From the NCBI GenBank assembly GCA_950097015.1, contig CATNEN010000037.1, positions 1,674,001-1,738,000 of the forward strand: a DNA stretch of 64,000 bases, in the 5' to 3' direction. Shown here piece after piece: positions 1 to 13,200 of the stretch. The stretch's first letter is position 1, and every line of letters starts with the position of its first letter. The stretch is from Macrostomum hystrix. Taxonomy: Eukaryota; Animalia; Platyhelminthes. The notes under the pieces are model-generated. The model had not been told where the DNA came from. It searched no databases and saw nothing but the letters and a program-made list of their open reading frames with translations. Position numbers and translations under genes: made by a program.

Positions 1-1532
1 TTTCATGATGGCGATTTCGTTTGCCACGCTCTCCTTCTCATCGTCTGTTCCGGCTTTCACGTACTTGGCAGCGAACTGCTTGGAGGTCGATTTCTCGGTG
101 CACTTGCGCACCTCGCCGAAACGACCGCTGAGGATTGAGGCAGGTGGTTTGGTGGTTCTGGGGGTGGTTTGGTGGTTCAGGGGTGGTTTGGTGGTTCTGG
201 GGGTGGTTTCATGGCTCAGGGGTGTTTTAGTGGTTCAGGGGGTGGTTTGGTGGTTCAGTTGGCGGTTTGGTGGTTCAAGGGGTGGTTTGGTGTTTCTGGG
301 GGTGGTTTGGTGGTTCAGGGGTTGTTTGATACGAGCGTAGTTCAGGGGGTGGTTTGGTGGTTCAGGGGTTGTTTGGTACGAGCGTAGTTCAGGGGGTGGT
401 TTGGTGGTTCAGGTGGCGGTTTGGTGGTTCAGGGGGTGGTTTGGTGGTTCAGGGGTTGTTTGATACGAGCGTAGTTCAGGGGGTGGTTTGGTGGTTCAGG
501 GGTTGTTTGGTACGAGCGTAGTTCAGGGGGTGGTTTGGTGGTTCAGGTGGCGGTTTGGTGGTTCAGGGGGTGGTTTGGTGGTTCTGGGGGTGGTTTGGTG
601 GTTCTGGGGGTGGTTTGGTGGTTCAGGGGGTGATTTGGTGGTTCAGGGGGTGATTTGGTGGTTCAGGGGGTGATTTGGTGGTTCAGGGGGTGATTTGGTG
701 GTTCAGGGTTGGTTTGGTCGTTTGAATGGCTTAGGTTATATAACTTCCAGAAATTTGCTGAAAAAAGCAAAGCAACAATAAATCAGATGCGACGCAAATG
801 CGCAAAATATTTTCTACGCAGAGTTAAAAATAGGAACCACACCTGCCGATAATCTCGTGAACAGTGTAGTCCTTTTCAACCTTGCGATTTTTCTTCACTT
901 CAACCTTCTTCTTCAGCAGCATCGGGTCTGTTTCGTCTGTAAAAGCGGATGGATGGATTTTTTGGGAATCAGGAAGCATTCTAGGCAGAGATTAGCAAAA
1001 CTGAATCATCAGGAAACTAAAACTTCAGGAAAATGAACCTTCAGGATATAGTGCATGGATTGGATATAGAACCTTCAGCAACTGAACTTTAGGAAACTGA
1101 ACCTTCAGGTAACTGAACCTTCAGGAAACTGAACCTTCAGGAAACTGAAACTTCAGGAAACTGAACCTTCAGGAAGCTGAACCTTCAGGAAACTGAACCT
1201 TCAGTAAATTTAACATTTAGGAAACTGAACCTTCAGTAAATTGAACCTTTAGGAAACTGAACTTTCAGGAAACTGAACCTTTAGGAAACTGAACCTTCAG
1301 GAAACTGAACCTTCAGGTAACTGAACCTTCAGGAAACTGAACCTTCAGGAAACTGAACCTTCAGTAAATTGAACCCTCAGGAAACTGAACCTCCAGGAAA
1401 CGGAACCTTCAGGAAACTGAACTTCAGGAAACTGAACCTTCAGGAAACTGAACCTTCAGGAAAAAACAGAGCGCATTGTTGCAAAATTTTCCGTTTAAAT
1501 AATCAGTCACCTGGATCCGCTTCTTCTCGTCG
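1..1532 (-). CDS. Myosin light chain kinase family (MLCK/CAMK group) Ser/Thr kinase, 5' part; gene continues off the left edge. Exons 843-936 and 1-127, with a possible 22-nt exon at 1511-1532
   Basis: Spliced reading (AG/GT sites, phases compatible): ...ETDPMLLKKKVEVKKNRKVEKDYTVHEIIGS|GRFGEVRKCTEKSTSKQFAAKYVKAGTDDEKESVANEIAIMK. It has the Gly-loop GSGRFG, the VAIK-equivalent AAKYV and the alphaC Glu in EIAIM, as in MLCK-type kinases. The 1511-1532 exon (RREEADP) is less certain. Confidence 0.75.
140..720. repeat. Minisatellite, 20-bp G-rich unit AGGGGGTGGTTTGGTGGTTC (MLCK intron)
   Basis: Tandem copies read directly; starts about 10 nt from the splice acceptor. Confidence 0.95.
1000..1462. 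repeat. Minisatellite, 16-bp unit AGGAAACTGAACCTTC
   Basis: Tandem copies read directly. Confidence 0.95.
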
Positions 1533-2046
1533 CTGCGAGCGTTGAAAAACCCTTTTAAACATGTTCGGGCTTGCGATTCTAGGCCTGCTGACGCTATTGA
1601 ACTAATGCTGGCGTTAAACAGTGTGTAAGCCTGCTGAGGTCAGTGGCAGCGTAAACCTAGGAGCCAAAGTGGGCCAAGTCTTATTATATTAACGGACTAA
1701 GAGTGTTCGGGCTTGCCTTAGATTGGGTAGCAATAGCGCTGCCACAGAAAACAGGGAGGAAAAGCCTTGCCATCTTCCCATAGATTGCCTTTTTGGGAAA
1801 AATTGCCCTAGAAATATGCGCTTATTCCACTTTCCGTACAATATCCTTCATATCCGTTTCATATCCCTCACAATGGGAATTGAAAGAGAGAAGGCCACAC
1901 CGTAAACACCAGTAAAGTTAACACTTTCTTATAGAAAACAGTCTGTCTTAACAGTCAGTCAGAAAAAGCATAAAAACTGAACAAGGAAAGAGAAAATATT
2001 TTCAACTGGCGTCGCATTTTCCAGTTCTAATAAATACATTCCGGTT

Positions 2047-5000
2047 TGGATATAGTGCGTGGATTGGATATAGTGCGTGGATTGGATATAGTGCGTTGAT
2101 TGGATATAGTGCGTGGATTGGATATAATGCGTGGATTGGACATAGTGCGTGGATTGGATACAGTGCGTGGATTGGATATAATGCGTGGATTGGATATAGT
2201 GCGTGGATTGGATATAGTGCGTGGATTGGATACAGTGCGTGGATTGGATATAATGCGTGGATTGGATATAGTGCGTGGATTGGACATAGTGCGTGGATTT
2301 GATATAGTGCGTGCATTGGATATAGTGCGTGGATTGGATATAGTGCGTGGATTGGATATAGTGCGTGGATTGGACATAGTGCGTGGATTTGATATAGTGC
2401 GTGGATTGCATATAGTGCGTAGATTGGATATAGTGCGTGGATTGGATATAGTGCGTGGATTGGATATAGTGCGTGGATTGGATATAGTGCGTGGATTGGA
2501 TATAGTGCGTGGATTGGACATAGTGCGTGGATTTGATATAGTGCGTGCATTGGATATAGTGCGTGGATTGGATATAGTGCGTGGATTGGATATAGTGCGT
2601 GGATTGCATATAGTGCGTAGATTGGATATAGTGCGTGGATTGCATATAGTGCGTAGATTGGATATAGTGCGTGGATTGGATATAGTGCGTGGATTGGATA
2701 TAGTGCGTGGATTGGATATAGTGCGTTGATTGGATATAGTGCGTGGATTGGATATAGTGCGTGGATTGGATATAGTGCGTGGATTGGATATAGTGCGTGG
2801 ATTGGATATAGTGCGTGGATTGGATATAGTGCGTGGATTGGATATAGTGCGTGCATTGGATATAGTGCGTGGATTGGACATAGTGCGTGGATTTGATATA
2901 GTGCGTGCATTGGATATAGTGCGTGGATTGGATATAGTGCGTGGATTGGATATAGTGCGTGGAATGCATATAGTGCGTAGATTGGATATAGTGCGTGGAT
3001 TGGATATAGTGCGTGGATTGGATATAGTGCGTGCATTGGATATAGTGCGTGCATTGGATATAGTGCGTGGATTGGATATAGTGCGTGGATTGGATATAGT
3101 GCGTGGATTGGATATAGTGCGTGCATTGGATATAGTGCGTGCATTGGATACAGTGCGTGCATTGGATATAGTGCGTGCATTGGATATAGTGCGTGCATTG
3201 GATATAGTGCGTGGATTGGATATAGTGCGTGGATTGGATATAGTGCGTGCATTGGATATAGTGCGTGGATTGGATATAGTGCGTGGATTGGATATAGTGC
3301 GTGGATTGGATATAGTGCGTGGATTGGATATAGTGCGTGGATTGGATATAGTGCGTGGATTGGATATAGTGCGTGCATTGGATATAGTGCGTGGATTGGA
3401 CATAGTGCGTGGATTGGATATAGTGCGTGGATTGGATATAGCGCGTGGATTGGATATAGTGCGTGGATTGGATATAGTGCGTGGATTGGACATAGTGCGT
3501 GGATTGGATATAGTGCGTGGATTGCATATAGTGCGTGGATTGGATATAGTGCGTGGATTGGATATAGTGCGTGGATTGCATATAGTGCGTGGACTGGATA
3601 TAGTGCGTGGATTGGATATAGTGCGTGGATTGGATATAATGCGTGGATTGGATATAGTGCGTGGATTGGATATAATGCGTGGATTGGATATAGTGCGTGG
3701 ATTGGATATAGTGCGTGGATTGGATATAGCGCGTGGATTGGATATAGTGCGTGGACTGGACATAGTGCGTGGATTGGATATAGTGCGTGGATTGGATATA
3801 GTGCGTGGATTGGATATAGCGCGTGGATTGGATATAGTGCGTGGACTGGACATAGTGCGTGGATTGGATATAGTGCGTGGATTGGATATAGCGCGTGGAT
3901 TGGATATAGTGCGTGGATTGGACATAGTGCGTGGATTGGATATAGTGCGTGGATTGGACATAGTGCGTGGATTGGATATAGTGCGTGGATTGCATATAGT
4001 GCGTGGATTGGATATAGTGCGTGGATTGGATATAGTGCGTGGATTGCATATAGTGCGTGGACTGGATATAGTGCGTGGATTGGATATAGTGCGTGGATTG
4101 GATATAGTGCGTGGATTGGATATAGTGCGTGGATGGGATATAGTGCGTGGATTGGATATAGTGCGTGGATTGCATATAGTGCGTGGATTGGATATAGCGC
4201 GTGGATTGGATTGCATGGACATAGTGTGTGGATTGGATTGCATGGGTATAGTGTGTGGATTGGATATAGTGTGTGGATTAGATTGCATGGGTATAGTGTG
4301 TGGATTGGATTGCATGGAAATAGTGTGTGGATTAGATTGCATGGATATAATGTGTGGATTAGATTGCATGGATATAGTGTGTGGATTAGATTGCATGGGT
4401 ATAGTGTGTGGATTGGATATAGTGTGTGGATTGGATTGCATGGGTATAGTGTGTGGATTGGATTGCATGGGTATAGTGTGTGGATTAGATTGCATGGGTA
4501 TAGTGTGTGGATTGGATATAGTGTGTGGATTGGATTGCATGGGTATAGTGTGTGGATTGGATATAGTGTGTGGATTGGATTGCATGGATATAGTGTGTGG
4601 ATTGGATTGCATGGATATAGTGTGTGGATTAGATTGCATAGATATAGTGTGTGGATTGGATTGCATGGATATAGTGTGTGGATTGGATTGCATGGATATA
4701 GTGTGTGGATTAGATTGCATAGATATAGTGTGTGGATTGGATTTCATGGGTATAGTGTGTGGATTGGATTGCATGGATATAGTGTGTGGATTGGATTGCA
4801 TGGGTATAGTGTGTGGATTGGATTGCATGGATATAGTGTGTGGATTAGATTGCATGGATATAGTGTGTCGATTAGATTGCATGGGTATAGTGTGTGGATT
4901 GGATTGCATGGACATAGTGTGTGGATTGGATTGCATGGATATAGTGTGTGGATTGGATTGCATGGATATAGTGTGTGGATTGGATTGCATGGGTATAGTG

Positions 5001-8000
5001 TGTGGATTGGATTGCATGGATATAGTTTGTGGATTGGATTGCATGGGTATAGTGTGTGGATTGGATTGCATGGGTATAGTGTGTGGATTGGATTGCATGG
5101 GTATAGTGTGTGGATTGGATTGCATGGGTATAGTGTGTGGATTGGATTGCATGGATATAGTGTGTGGATTGGATTGCATGGATATAGTGTGTGGATTGGA
5201 TTGCATGGGTATAGTGTGTGGATTGGATTGCATGGGTATAGTATGTGGATTGGATTGCATGGGTATAGTGTGTGGATTGGATTGCATGGATATAGTGTGT
5301 GGATTGGATATAGTGTGTGGATTGGATTGCATGGATATAGCGTGTGGATTGGATTGCATGGGTATAGTGTGTGGATTGGATTGCATGGACATAGTGTGTG
5401 GATTGGATTGCATGGGTATAGTGTGTGGATTGGATTGCATGGATATAGTCTGTGGATTGGATTGCATGGACATAGTGTGTGGATTGGATTGCATGGGTAT
5501 AGTGTGTGGATTGGATTGCATGGATATAGTGTGTGGATTGGATTGCATGGATATAGTGTGTGGATTGGATTGCATGGGTATAGTGTGTGGATTGGATTGC
5601 ATGGGTATAGTGTGTGGATTGGATTGCATGGATATAGTGTGTGGATTGGATATAGTGTGTGGATTGGATTGCATGGATATAGTGTGTGGATTGGATTGCA
5701 TGGGTATAGTGTGTGGATTGGATTGCATGGACATAGTGTGTGGATTGGATTGCATGGGTATAGTGTGTGGATTGGATTGCATGGATATAGTGTGTGGATT
5801 GGATTGCATGGACATAGTGTGTGGATTGGATTGCATGGGTATAGTGTGTGGATTGGATTGCATGGATATAGTGTGTGGATTGGATTGCATGGGTATAGTA
5901 TGTGGATTGGATTGCATGGGTATAGTGTGTGGATTGGATTGCATGGATATAGTGTGTGGATTGGATATAGTGTGTGGATTGGATTGCATGGATATAGTGT
6001 GTGGATTGGATTGCATGGATATAGTGTGTGGATTGGATTGCATGGGTATAGTGTGTGGATTGGATTGTATGGGTATAGTGTGTGGATTGGATTGCATGGA
6101 TATAGTGTGTGGATTGGATTGCATGGATATAGTGTGTGGATTGGATTGCATGGGTATAGTGTGTGGATTGGATTGCATGGATATAGTGTGTGGATTGGAT
6201 TGCATGGATATAGTGTGTGGATTGGATTGCATGGGTATAGTGTGTGGATTGGATATAGTGTGTGGATTGGATATAGTGTGTGGATTGGATATAGTGTGTG
6301 GATTGGATTGCATGGATATAGTGTGTGGATTGGATTGCATGGATATAGTGTGTGGATTGGATTGCATGGATATAGTGTGTGGATTAGATTGCATGGATAT
6401 AGTGGGTGGATTGGATTGCATGGATATAGTGTGTGGATTGGATATAGTGTGTGGATTGGATTGCATGGGTATAGTGTGTGGATTGGATTGTATGGATATA
6501 GTGTGTGGATTGGATATAGTGTGTGGATTGGATTGCATGGATATAGTGTGTGGATTGGATATAGTGTGTGGATTGGATTGCATGGGTATAGTGTGTGGAT
6601 TGGATTGCATGGATATAGTGTGTGGATTGGATTGCCTGGGTATAGTGTGTGGATTGGATTGTATGGATATAGTGTGTGGATTGGATATAGTGTGTGGATT
6701 GGATTGCATGGGTATAGTGTGTGGATTGGATTGCATGGATATAGTGTGTGGATTGGATTGCATGGGTATAGTGTGTGGATTGGATTGCATGGGTATAGTG
6801 TGTGGATTGGATATAGTTTGTGGATTAGATTGCATGGATATAGTGTGTGGATTGGATTGCATGGGTATAGTGTGTGGATTGGATTGCATGGATATAGTGT
6901 GTGGATTGGATTGCATGGATATAGTGTGTGGATTGGATATAGTTTGTGGATTAGATTGCATGGATATAGTTTGTGGATTAGATTGCATGGATATAGTGTG
7001 TGGATTGGATTGCATGGATATAGTGTGTGGATTGGATTGCATGGATATAGTTTGTGGATTAGATTGCATGGATATAGTGTGTGGATTGGATTGCATGGGT
7101 ATAGTGTGTGGATTGGATTGCATGGATATAGTGTGTGGATTGGATTGCATGGATATAGTGTGTGGATTGGATATAGTTTGTGGATTAGATTGCATGGATA
7201 TAGTTTGTGGATTAGATTGCATGGATATAGTGTGTGGATTGGATTGCATGGATATAGTGTGTGGATTGGATTGCATGGATATAGTTTGTGGATTAGATTG
7301 CATGGGTATAGTGTGTGGATTGGATATAGTGTGTGGATTAGATTGCATGGGTATAGTGTGTGGATTGGATATAGTGTGTGGATTGGATTGCATGGGTATA
7401 GTGTGTGGATTGGATTGCATGGGTATAGTGTGTGGATTAGATTGCATGGGTATAGTGTGTGGATTGGATATAGTGTGTGGATTGGATTGCATGGGTATAG
7501 TGTGTGGATTGGATATAGTGTGTGGATTGGATTGCATGGGTATAGTGTGTGGATTGGATTGCATGGGTATAGTGTGTGGATTGGATATAGTGTGTGGATT
7601 GGATTGCATGGGTATAGTGTGTGGATTGGATATAGTGTGTGGATTGGATTGCATGGATATAGTGTGTGGATTGGATATAGTGTGTGGATTGGATTGCATG
7701 GGTATAGTGTGTGGATTGGATATAGTGTGTGGATTGGATTGCATGGATATAGTGTGTGGATTGGATTGCATGGGTATAGTGTGTGGATTGGATTGCATGG
7801 ATATAGTGTGTGGATTGGATTGCATGGATATAGTTTGTGGATTAGATTGCATGGATATAGTGTGTGGATTGGATTGCATGGATATAGTGTGTGGATTGGA
7901 TTGCATGGATATAGTTTGTGGATTAGATTGCATGGGTATAGTGTGTGGATTGGATATAGTGTGTGGATTAGATTGCATGGGTATAGTGTGTGGATTGGAT

Positions 8001-8577
8001 ATAGTGTGTGGATTAGATTGCATGGGTATAGTGTGTGGATTGGATATAGTGTGTGGATTGGATTGCATGGGTATAGTGTGTGGATTGGATTGCATGGGTA
8101 TAGTGTGTGGATTAGATTGCATGGGTATAGTGTGTGGATTGGATATAGTGTGTGGATTGGATTGCATGGGTATAGTGTGTGGATTGGATATAGTGTGTGG
8201 ATTGGATTGCATGGGTATAGTGTGTGGATTGGATTGCATGGGTATAGTGTGTGGATTGGATATAGTGTGTGGATTGGATTGCATGGGTATAGTGTGTGGA
8301 TTGGATATAGTGTGTGGATTGGATTGCATGGGTATAGTGTGTGGATTGGATATAGTGTGTGGATTGGATTGCATGGATATAGTGTGTGGATTGGATTGCA
8401 TGGGTATAGTGTGTGGATTGGATTGCATGGATATAGTGTGTGGATTGGATTGCATGGATATAGTGTGTGGATTGGATTGCATGGGTATAGTGTGTGGATT
8501 GGATTGCATGGATATAGTGTGTGGATTGGATTGCATGGATATAGTGTGTGGATTGGATTGCATGGATATAGTGTGTG
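2047..8577. repeat. 6.5-kb composite minisatellite: 18-bp GGATTGGATATAGTGCGT up to about 4205, then 27-bp GGATTGGATTGCATGGATATAGTGTGT mixed with 18-bp units
   Basis: Tandem copies read directly; unit lengths are multiples of 3, which explains the spurious 700-2200 aa ORFs. Confidence 0.97.
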
Positions 8578-9204
8578 CAGTCTGGCAGTTATTACAATGA
8601 GAAAAGGAAGAAGAATTGTTGATAAGTCAAGTAAAAGCGAAAGCGTTTCCAAATCATCAATTAAATATAAAAGAATAGCATTTTGTGCATATTTTCAGCA
8701 CTAAATGAAGCATTTGTATTATTTTTTGAGTTTAAGCGTTATAAGACAAGAATCTGATTAAGTACACATGAAAAGGAAATCGAATGTTGTCCTTATAAAA
8801 GCACAGTCAAGTGTTTTCATTTGTTTACACAGTAGTTGTGTAAGTGACTAAATGGAACGCTTTCTAAGAAGCAAATTACATACTTTGGATTACTTAGGAT
8901 GTTAGTCATTCTCAAGTAAATAAATTTGATTGCATATGCTCAAACTCTAACTTGGAATAACGGAGTCGATAAGCAAGCAAATAAAAGGGCGCCTACAATT
9001 ACCGCAGATATTATGAAAATACTAGACCGAAAAAATGTCATGGAAGTTATACGCGAGTGCCGAGCTGAAAGATCAGTAATAGGATCGATGCGGTTTAACA
9101 AAAAGCAAATAAATTTACAAATATTTAAATCTGCAAGTTCAGTTTCGAATAAAGAGCAAATTGATTGTAAGGGATAATGGGAGTAAAGTAGTGAGAATGT
9201 AATC

Positions 9205-9675
9205 AATGATAAGGAAAGGGTAATTACTCATTTATCGCCACAATGATAAGGGAGAGGGTAATTACTCATTTATCGCCACAATGATAAGGGAGAGGGTAAT
9301 TACTCATATATCGCCACAATCATAAGGGAGAGGGTAATTACTCATTTATCGCCACAATGATAAGGGAGAGAGTAATTACTCATTTATCGCCACAATGATA
9401 AGGGAGAGGGTAATTACTCATTTATCGGCACAACGATAAGGAGAGGGTAATTACTCATTTATCGCCACAATGATAAGGAGAGGGTAATTACTCATTTATC
9501 GCCACAATGATAAGGGAGAGGGTAATTACTCATTTATCGGCACAATGATAAGGAGAGGGTAATTACTCATTTATCGGCACAATGATAAGGAGAGGGTAAT
9601 TACTCATTTATCGCCACAATGATAAGGAGAGGGTAATTACTCATTTATCGCCACAATGATAAGGGAGGGGGTAAT
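9205..9675. repeat. Minisatellite, 37/38-bp unit ATAAGGGAGAGGGTAATTACTCATTTATCGCCACAATG
   Basis: About 12 tandem copies read directly. Confidence 0.95.
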
Positions 9676-10211
9676 TAACGGTTAATTGGCGCATTAGAAT
9701 TAAAGGATGATATTTAATTATTTAATGTCTCTTGATAACAAAGAAGGCAATTACCTTCTAATTGTCCAATGAAAAGGCTAGAAGGGTAGTTAAGGATTTA
9801 TGTGAAATTTAGTAACAAAAAAATAATAAGACTGTGTTCTGGGATGTTTTGCTATAAATCATTTTATAAAATGAAAATGTAAAACGAGCTAAATAACAAA
9901 ACTGAATAACAATTGGTTCTGCAATAGTTTTCGGAATGTCTGAATTGCGTGCAATTATGGTAAATAGAGTTGGACAAAAATTGGAATGGCGCTAATGTTG
10001 AGAAAGCAAATCTTAGCTCGTAATTTAGTTTGTATAAACACATTGTAAACATTCAATTTGCGATCAGTGAATATCAGTGACGAAGGATTGAAAAACAACT
10101 AATTCTTCAAGTATTATTGAAATGATGTGCAAATATTGCATGTAAAATCTGGATTATTTTGTTAATATAATAGGCAACATGTACCCAATGAAAGTACAAA
10201 TTTATAGTTAT

Positions 10212-13200
10212 TTACAAAATAGTACTCAAACGAACTGTCCGACCTTGAGCAACACAGGCTTGCGTATCGGTAGCGTTAAAACTAGCGCTAACATGATCGC
10301 TACTATTGTAATGACCCATACTACTGTCAGTAGAGTGATTCGGGCCGGCGCCAGGACTAGGTGAAGGCTTTCTTCGACTCTTGACTCGATGTCGGCTAGC
10401 CAACGCATCGATTGGTACCTGCTGGGCCTGCGACACAATGGGTTGGAGCGTTGGAAGTTATTTTAATTCGTTAGTTTAACGCATAATTAATCGTTTATTA
10501 AGAAGCTACTAATATTCTCGAAGAATTAGTTTTACAGCTGGGTGAAGTGAAGCTGTTCTGTTTATTCTCACTCCCTCTAGTACTCTATCTTACACTACGA
10601 TCCAATGGAGTAGGGAATCGAACCCCCGACCTTGGAGTCAGTTAAGTAGGCTGCAATCCCATATAGGCTAAACAGGTTTATAAAAAATTGTTGATGTCTT
10701 TCAATATTTAATCAGAAAATTTTATGATCTTTACCAATTTTAAACGATACTAAAAAGTAACGCTTCAAAATTATCCCGTTAAACATTGAAAAAGCAAAAA
10801 GCAAACAAAAGAACAACAAAAATGAGCAAAAAATAATTAAAATTGAGTAATTTTCTGTGTCATTATTGAATCAAAGATTTCTTAATCGGAAAGTGTAGAA
10901 AATACCAATTCATGTGAAAGGATTAGACATACAGTTAATAAGTTTTACGAATATGGTTAGAACATTTGACTTAATTACAGCCGAGAGGTCTGGAGTTCGA
11001 GTCAGGAATAATACGTGCCATTGAACTACCTGAGTTTTTACACCGACTCAGTAAAATGGGTACCAGTAGAAATTTGTGTGGTTGTGTGGCACCTTCAACC
11101 CCTCCCCAGTCCACGGACCGAATTTATTACCGATGAGTAATAATACCCAGGAGTTCGAAATTACCTTAAGCAAACCTGATTATCATATTGTTACTTGACT
11201 TTGGTTAATAGTTCAATTCACAGATTATATTATCAGTGCAACAAAAACTCAAACAAAGCATTAATTTTTACCTGTCTATCTATCTCTCTCTAGCAGGTAC
11301 ACATAATAAACAAACATAAATTCCATGTTCGTTGGTTTACAGTTTCTGAAATTTGATTTTTTAGCATCGTATTAGAACTTTCTTGCATAGTTCTCTGCTC
11401 TTGGGGGGCATTGGTTCTCTGCTGCTTGGGGGACATTGGTTCTCTGCTGCTTGGGGGGCATTGGTTCTCTGCTGCTTGGGGGGGCATTGGTTCTCTGCTG
11501 CTTGGGGGACATTGGTTCTGTGCTGCTTGGGGAGCATTGGTTCTCTGCTGCTTGGGGGACATTGGTTCTCTGCTGCTTGGGGGACATTGGTTTTCTGCTG
11601 CTTGGGGGACATTGGTTCTCTGCTGCAGGGGGGACATTGGTTCTCTGCTGCTTGGGGACATTGGTTCTCTGCTGCTTGGGGGGCATTGGTTCTCTGCTCT
11701 TGGGGGGCATTGGTTCTCTGCTGCTTGGGGGACATTGGTTCTCTGCTGCTTGGGGGACATTGGTTCTCTGCTGCTTGGGGGGCATTGGTTCTCTGCTGCT
11801 TGGGGGGCATTGGTTCTCTGCTGCTTGGGGGACATTGGTTCTCTGCTGCTTGGGGGGCATTGGTTCTCTGCTGCTTGGGGGGACATTGGTTCTCTGCTGC
11901 TTGGGGACATTGGTTCTCTGCTGCAGGGGGGACATTGGTTCTCTGCTGCTTGGGGGACATTGGTTCTCTGCTGCTGGGGGGACATTGGTTCTCTGCTGCT
12001 GGGGGGACATTGGTTCTCTGCTGCTTGGGGGGACATTGGTTCTCTGCTGCAGGGGGGACATTGGTTCTCTGCTGCAGGGGGGACATTGGTTCTCTGCTGC
12101 AGGGGGGACATTGGTTCTCTGCTGCAGGGGGGGACATTAGTTCTCTGCTGCAGGGGGACATTGGTTCTCTGCTGCAGGGGGGACATTGGTTCTCTGCTGC
12201 AGGGGGGACATTGGTTCTCTGCTGCAGGGGGGGACATTGGTTCTCTGCTGCAGGGGGGACATTGGTTCTCTGCTGCAGGGGGGACATTGGTTCTCTGCTG
12301 CTTGGGGGACATTGGTTCTCTGCTGCTGGGGGGACATTGGTTCTCTGCTGCTGGGGGGACATTGGTTCTCTGCTGCTGGGGGGACATTGGTTCTCTGCTG
12401 CAGGGGGGGACATTGGTTCTCTGCTGCAGGGGGGGACATTAGTTCTCTGCTGCAGGGGGGACATTGGTTCTCTGCTGCAGGGGGGACATTGGTTCTCTGC
12501 TGCAGGGGGGACATTGGTTCTCTGCTGCAGGGGGGGACATTGGTTCTCTGCTGCAGGGGGGACATTGGTTCTCTGCTGCAGGGGGGACATTGGTTCTCTG
12601 CTGCTTGGGGGACATTGGTTCTCTGCTGCTGGGGGGACATTGGTTCTCTGCTGCTGGGGGGACATTGGTTCTCTGCTGCTGGGGGGACATTGGTTCTCTG
12701 CTGCAGGGGGGGACATTGGTTCTCTGCTGCAGGGGGGGACATTAGTTCTCTGCTGCAGGGGGGACATTGGTTCTCTGCTGCAGGGGGGACATTGGTTCTC
12801 TGCTGCTGGGGGGACATTGGTTCTCTGCTGCAGGGGGGGACATTAGTTCTCTGCTGCAGGGGGGACATTGGTTCTCTGCTGCAGGGGGGACATTGGTTCT
12901 CTGCTGCAGGGGGGACATTGGTTCTCTGCTGCAGGGGGGACATTGGTTCTCTGCTGCAGGGGGGACATTGGTTCTCTGCTGCAGGGGGGACATTGGTTCT
13001 CTGCTGCAGGGGGGGACATTAGTTCTCTGCTGCAGGGGGGACATTGGTTCTCTGCTGCAGGGGGGGACATTAGTTCTCTGCTGCAGGGGGGACATTGGTT
13101 CTCTGCTGCAGGGGGGACATTGGTTCTCTGCTGCAGGGGGGACATTGGTTCTCTGCTGCAGGGGGGACATTGGTTCTCTGCTGCAGGGGGGACATTGGTT

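Noticed and set aside
140-720. Telomere-like G-rich repeat
   Set aside because: The 20-bp unit is not TTAGGG-type and lies inside a kinase intron.
1959-8704. Very long ORFs (738, 2178, 1956, 1523, 1302 aa) on both strands
   Set aside because: They are translations of 18/27-bp tandem units that lack stops. Several frames on both strands are open, and there is no splice or domain evidence.
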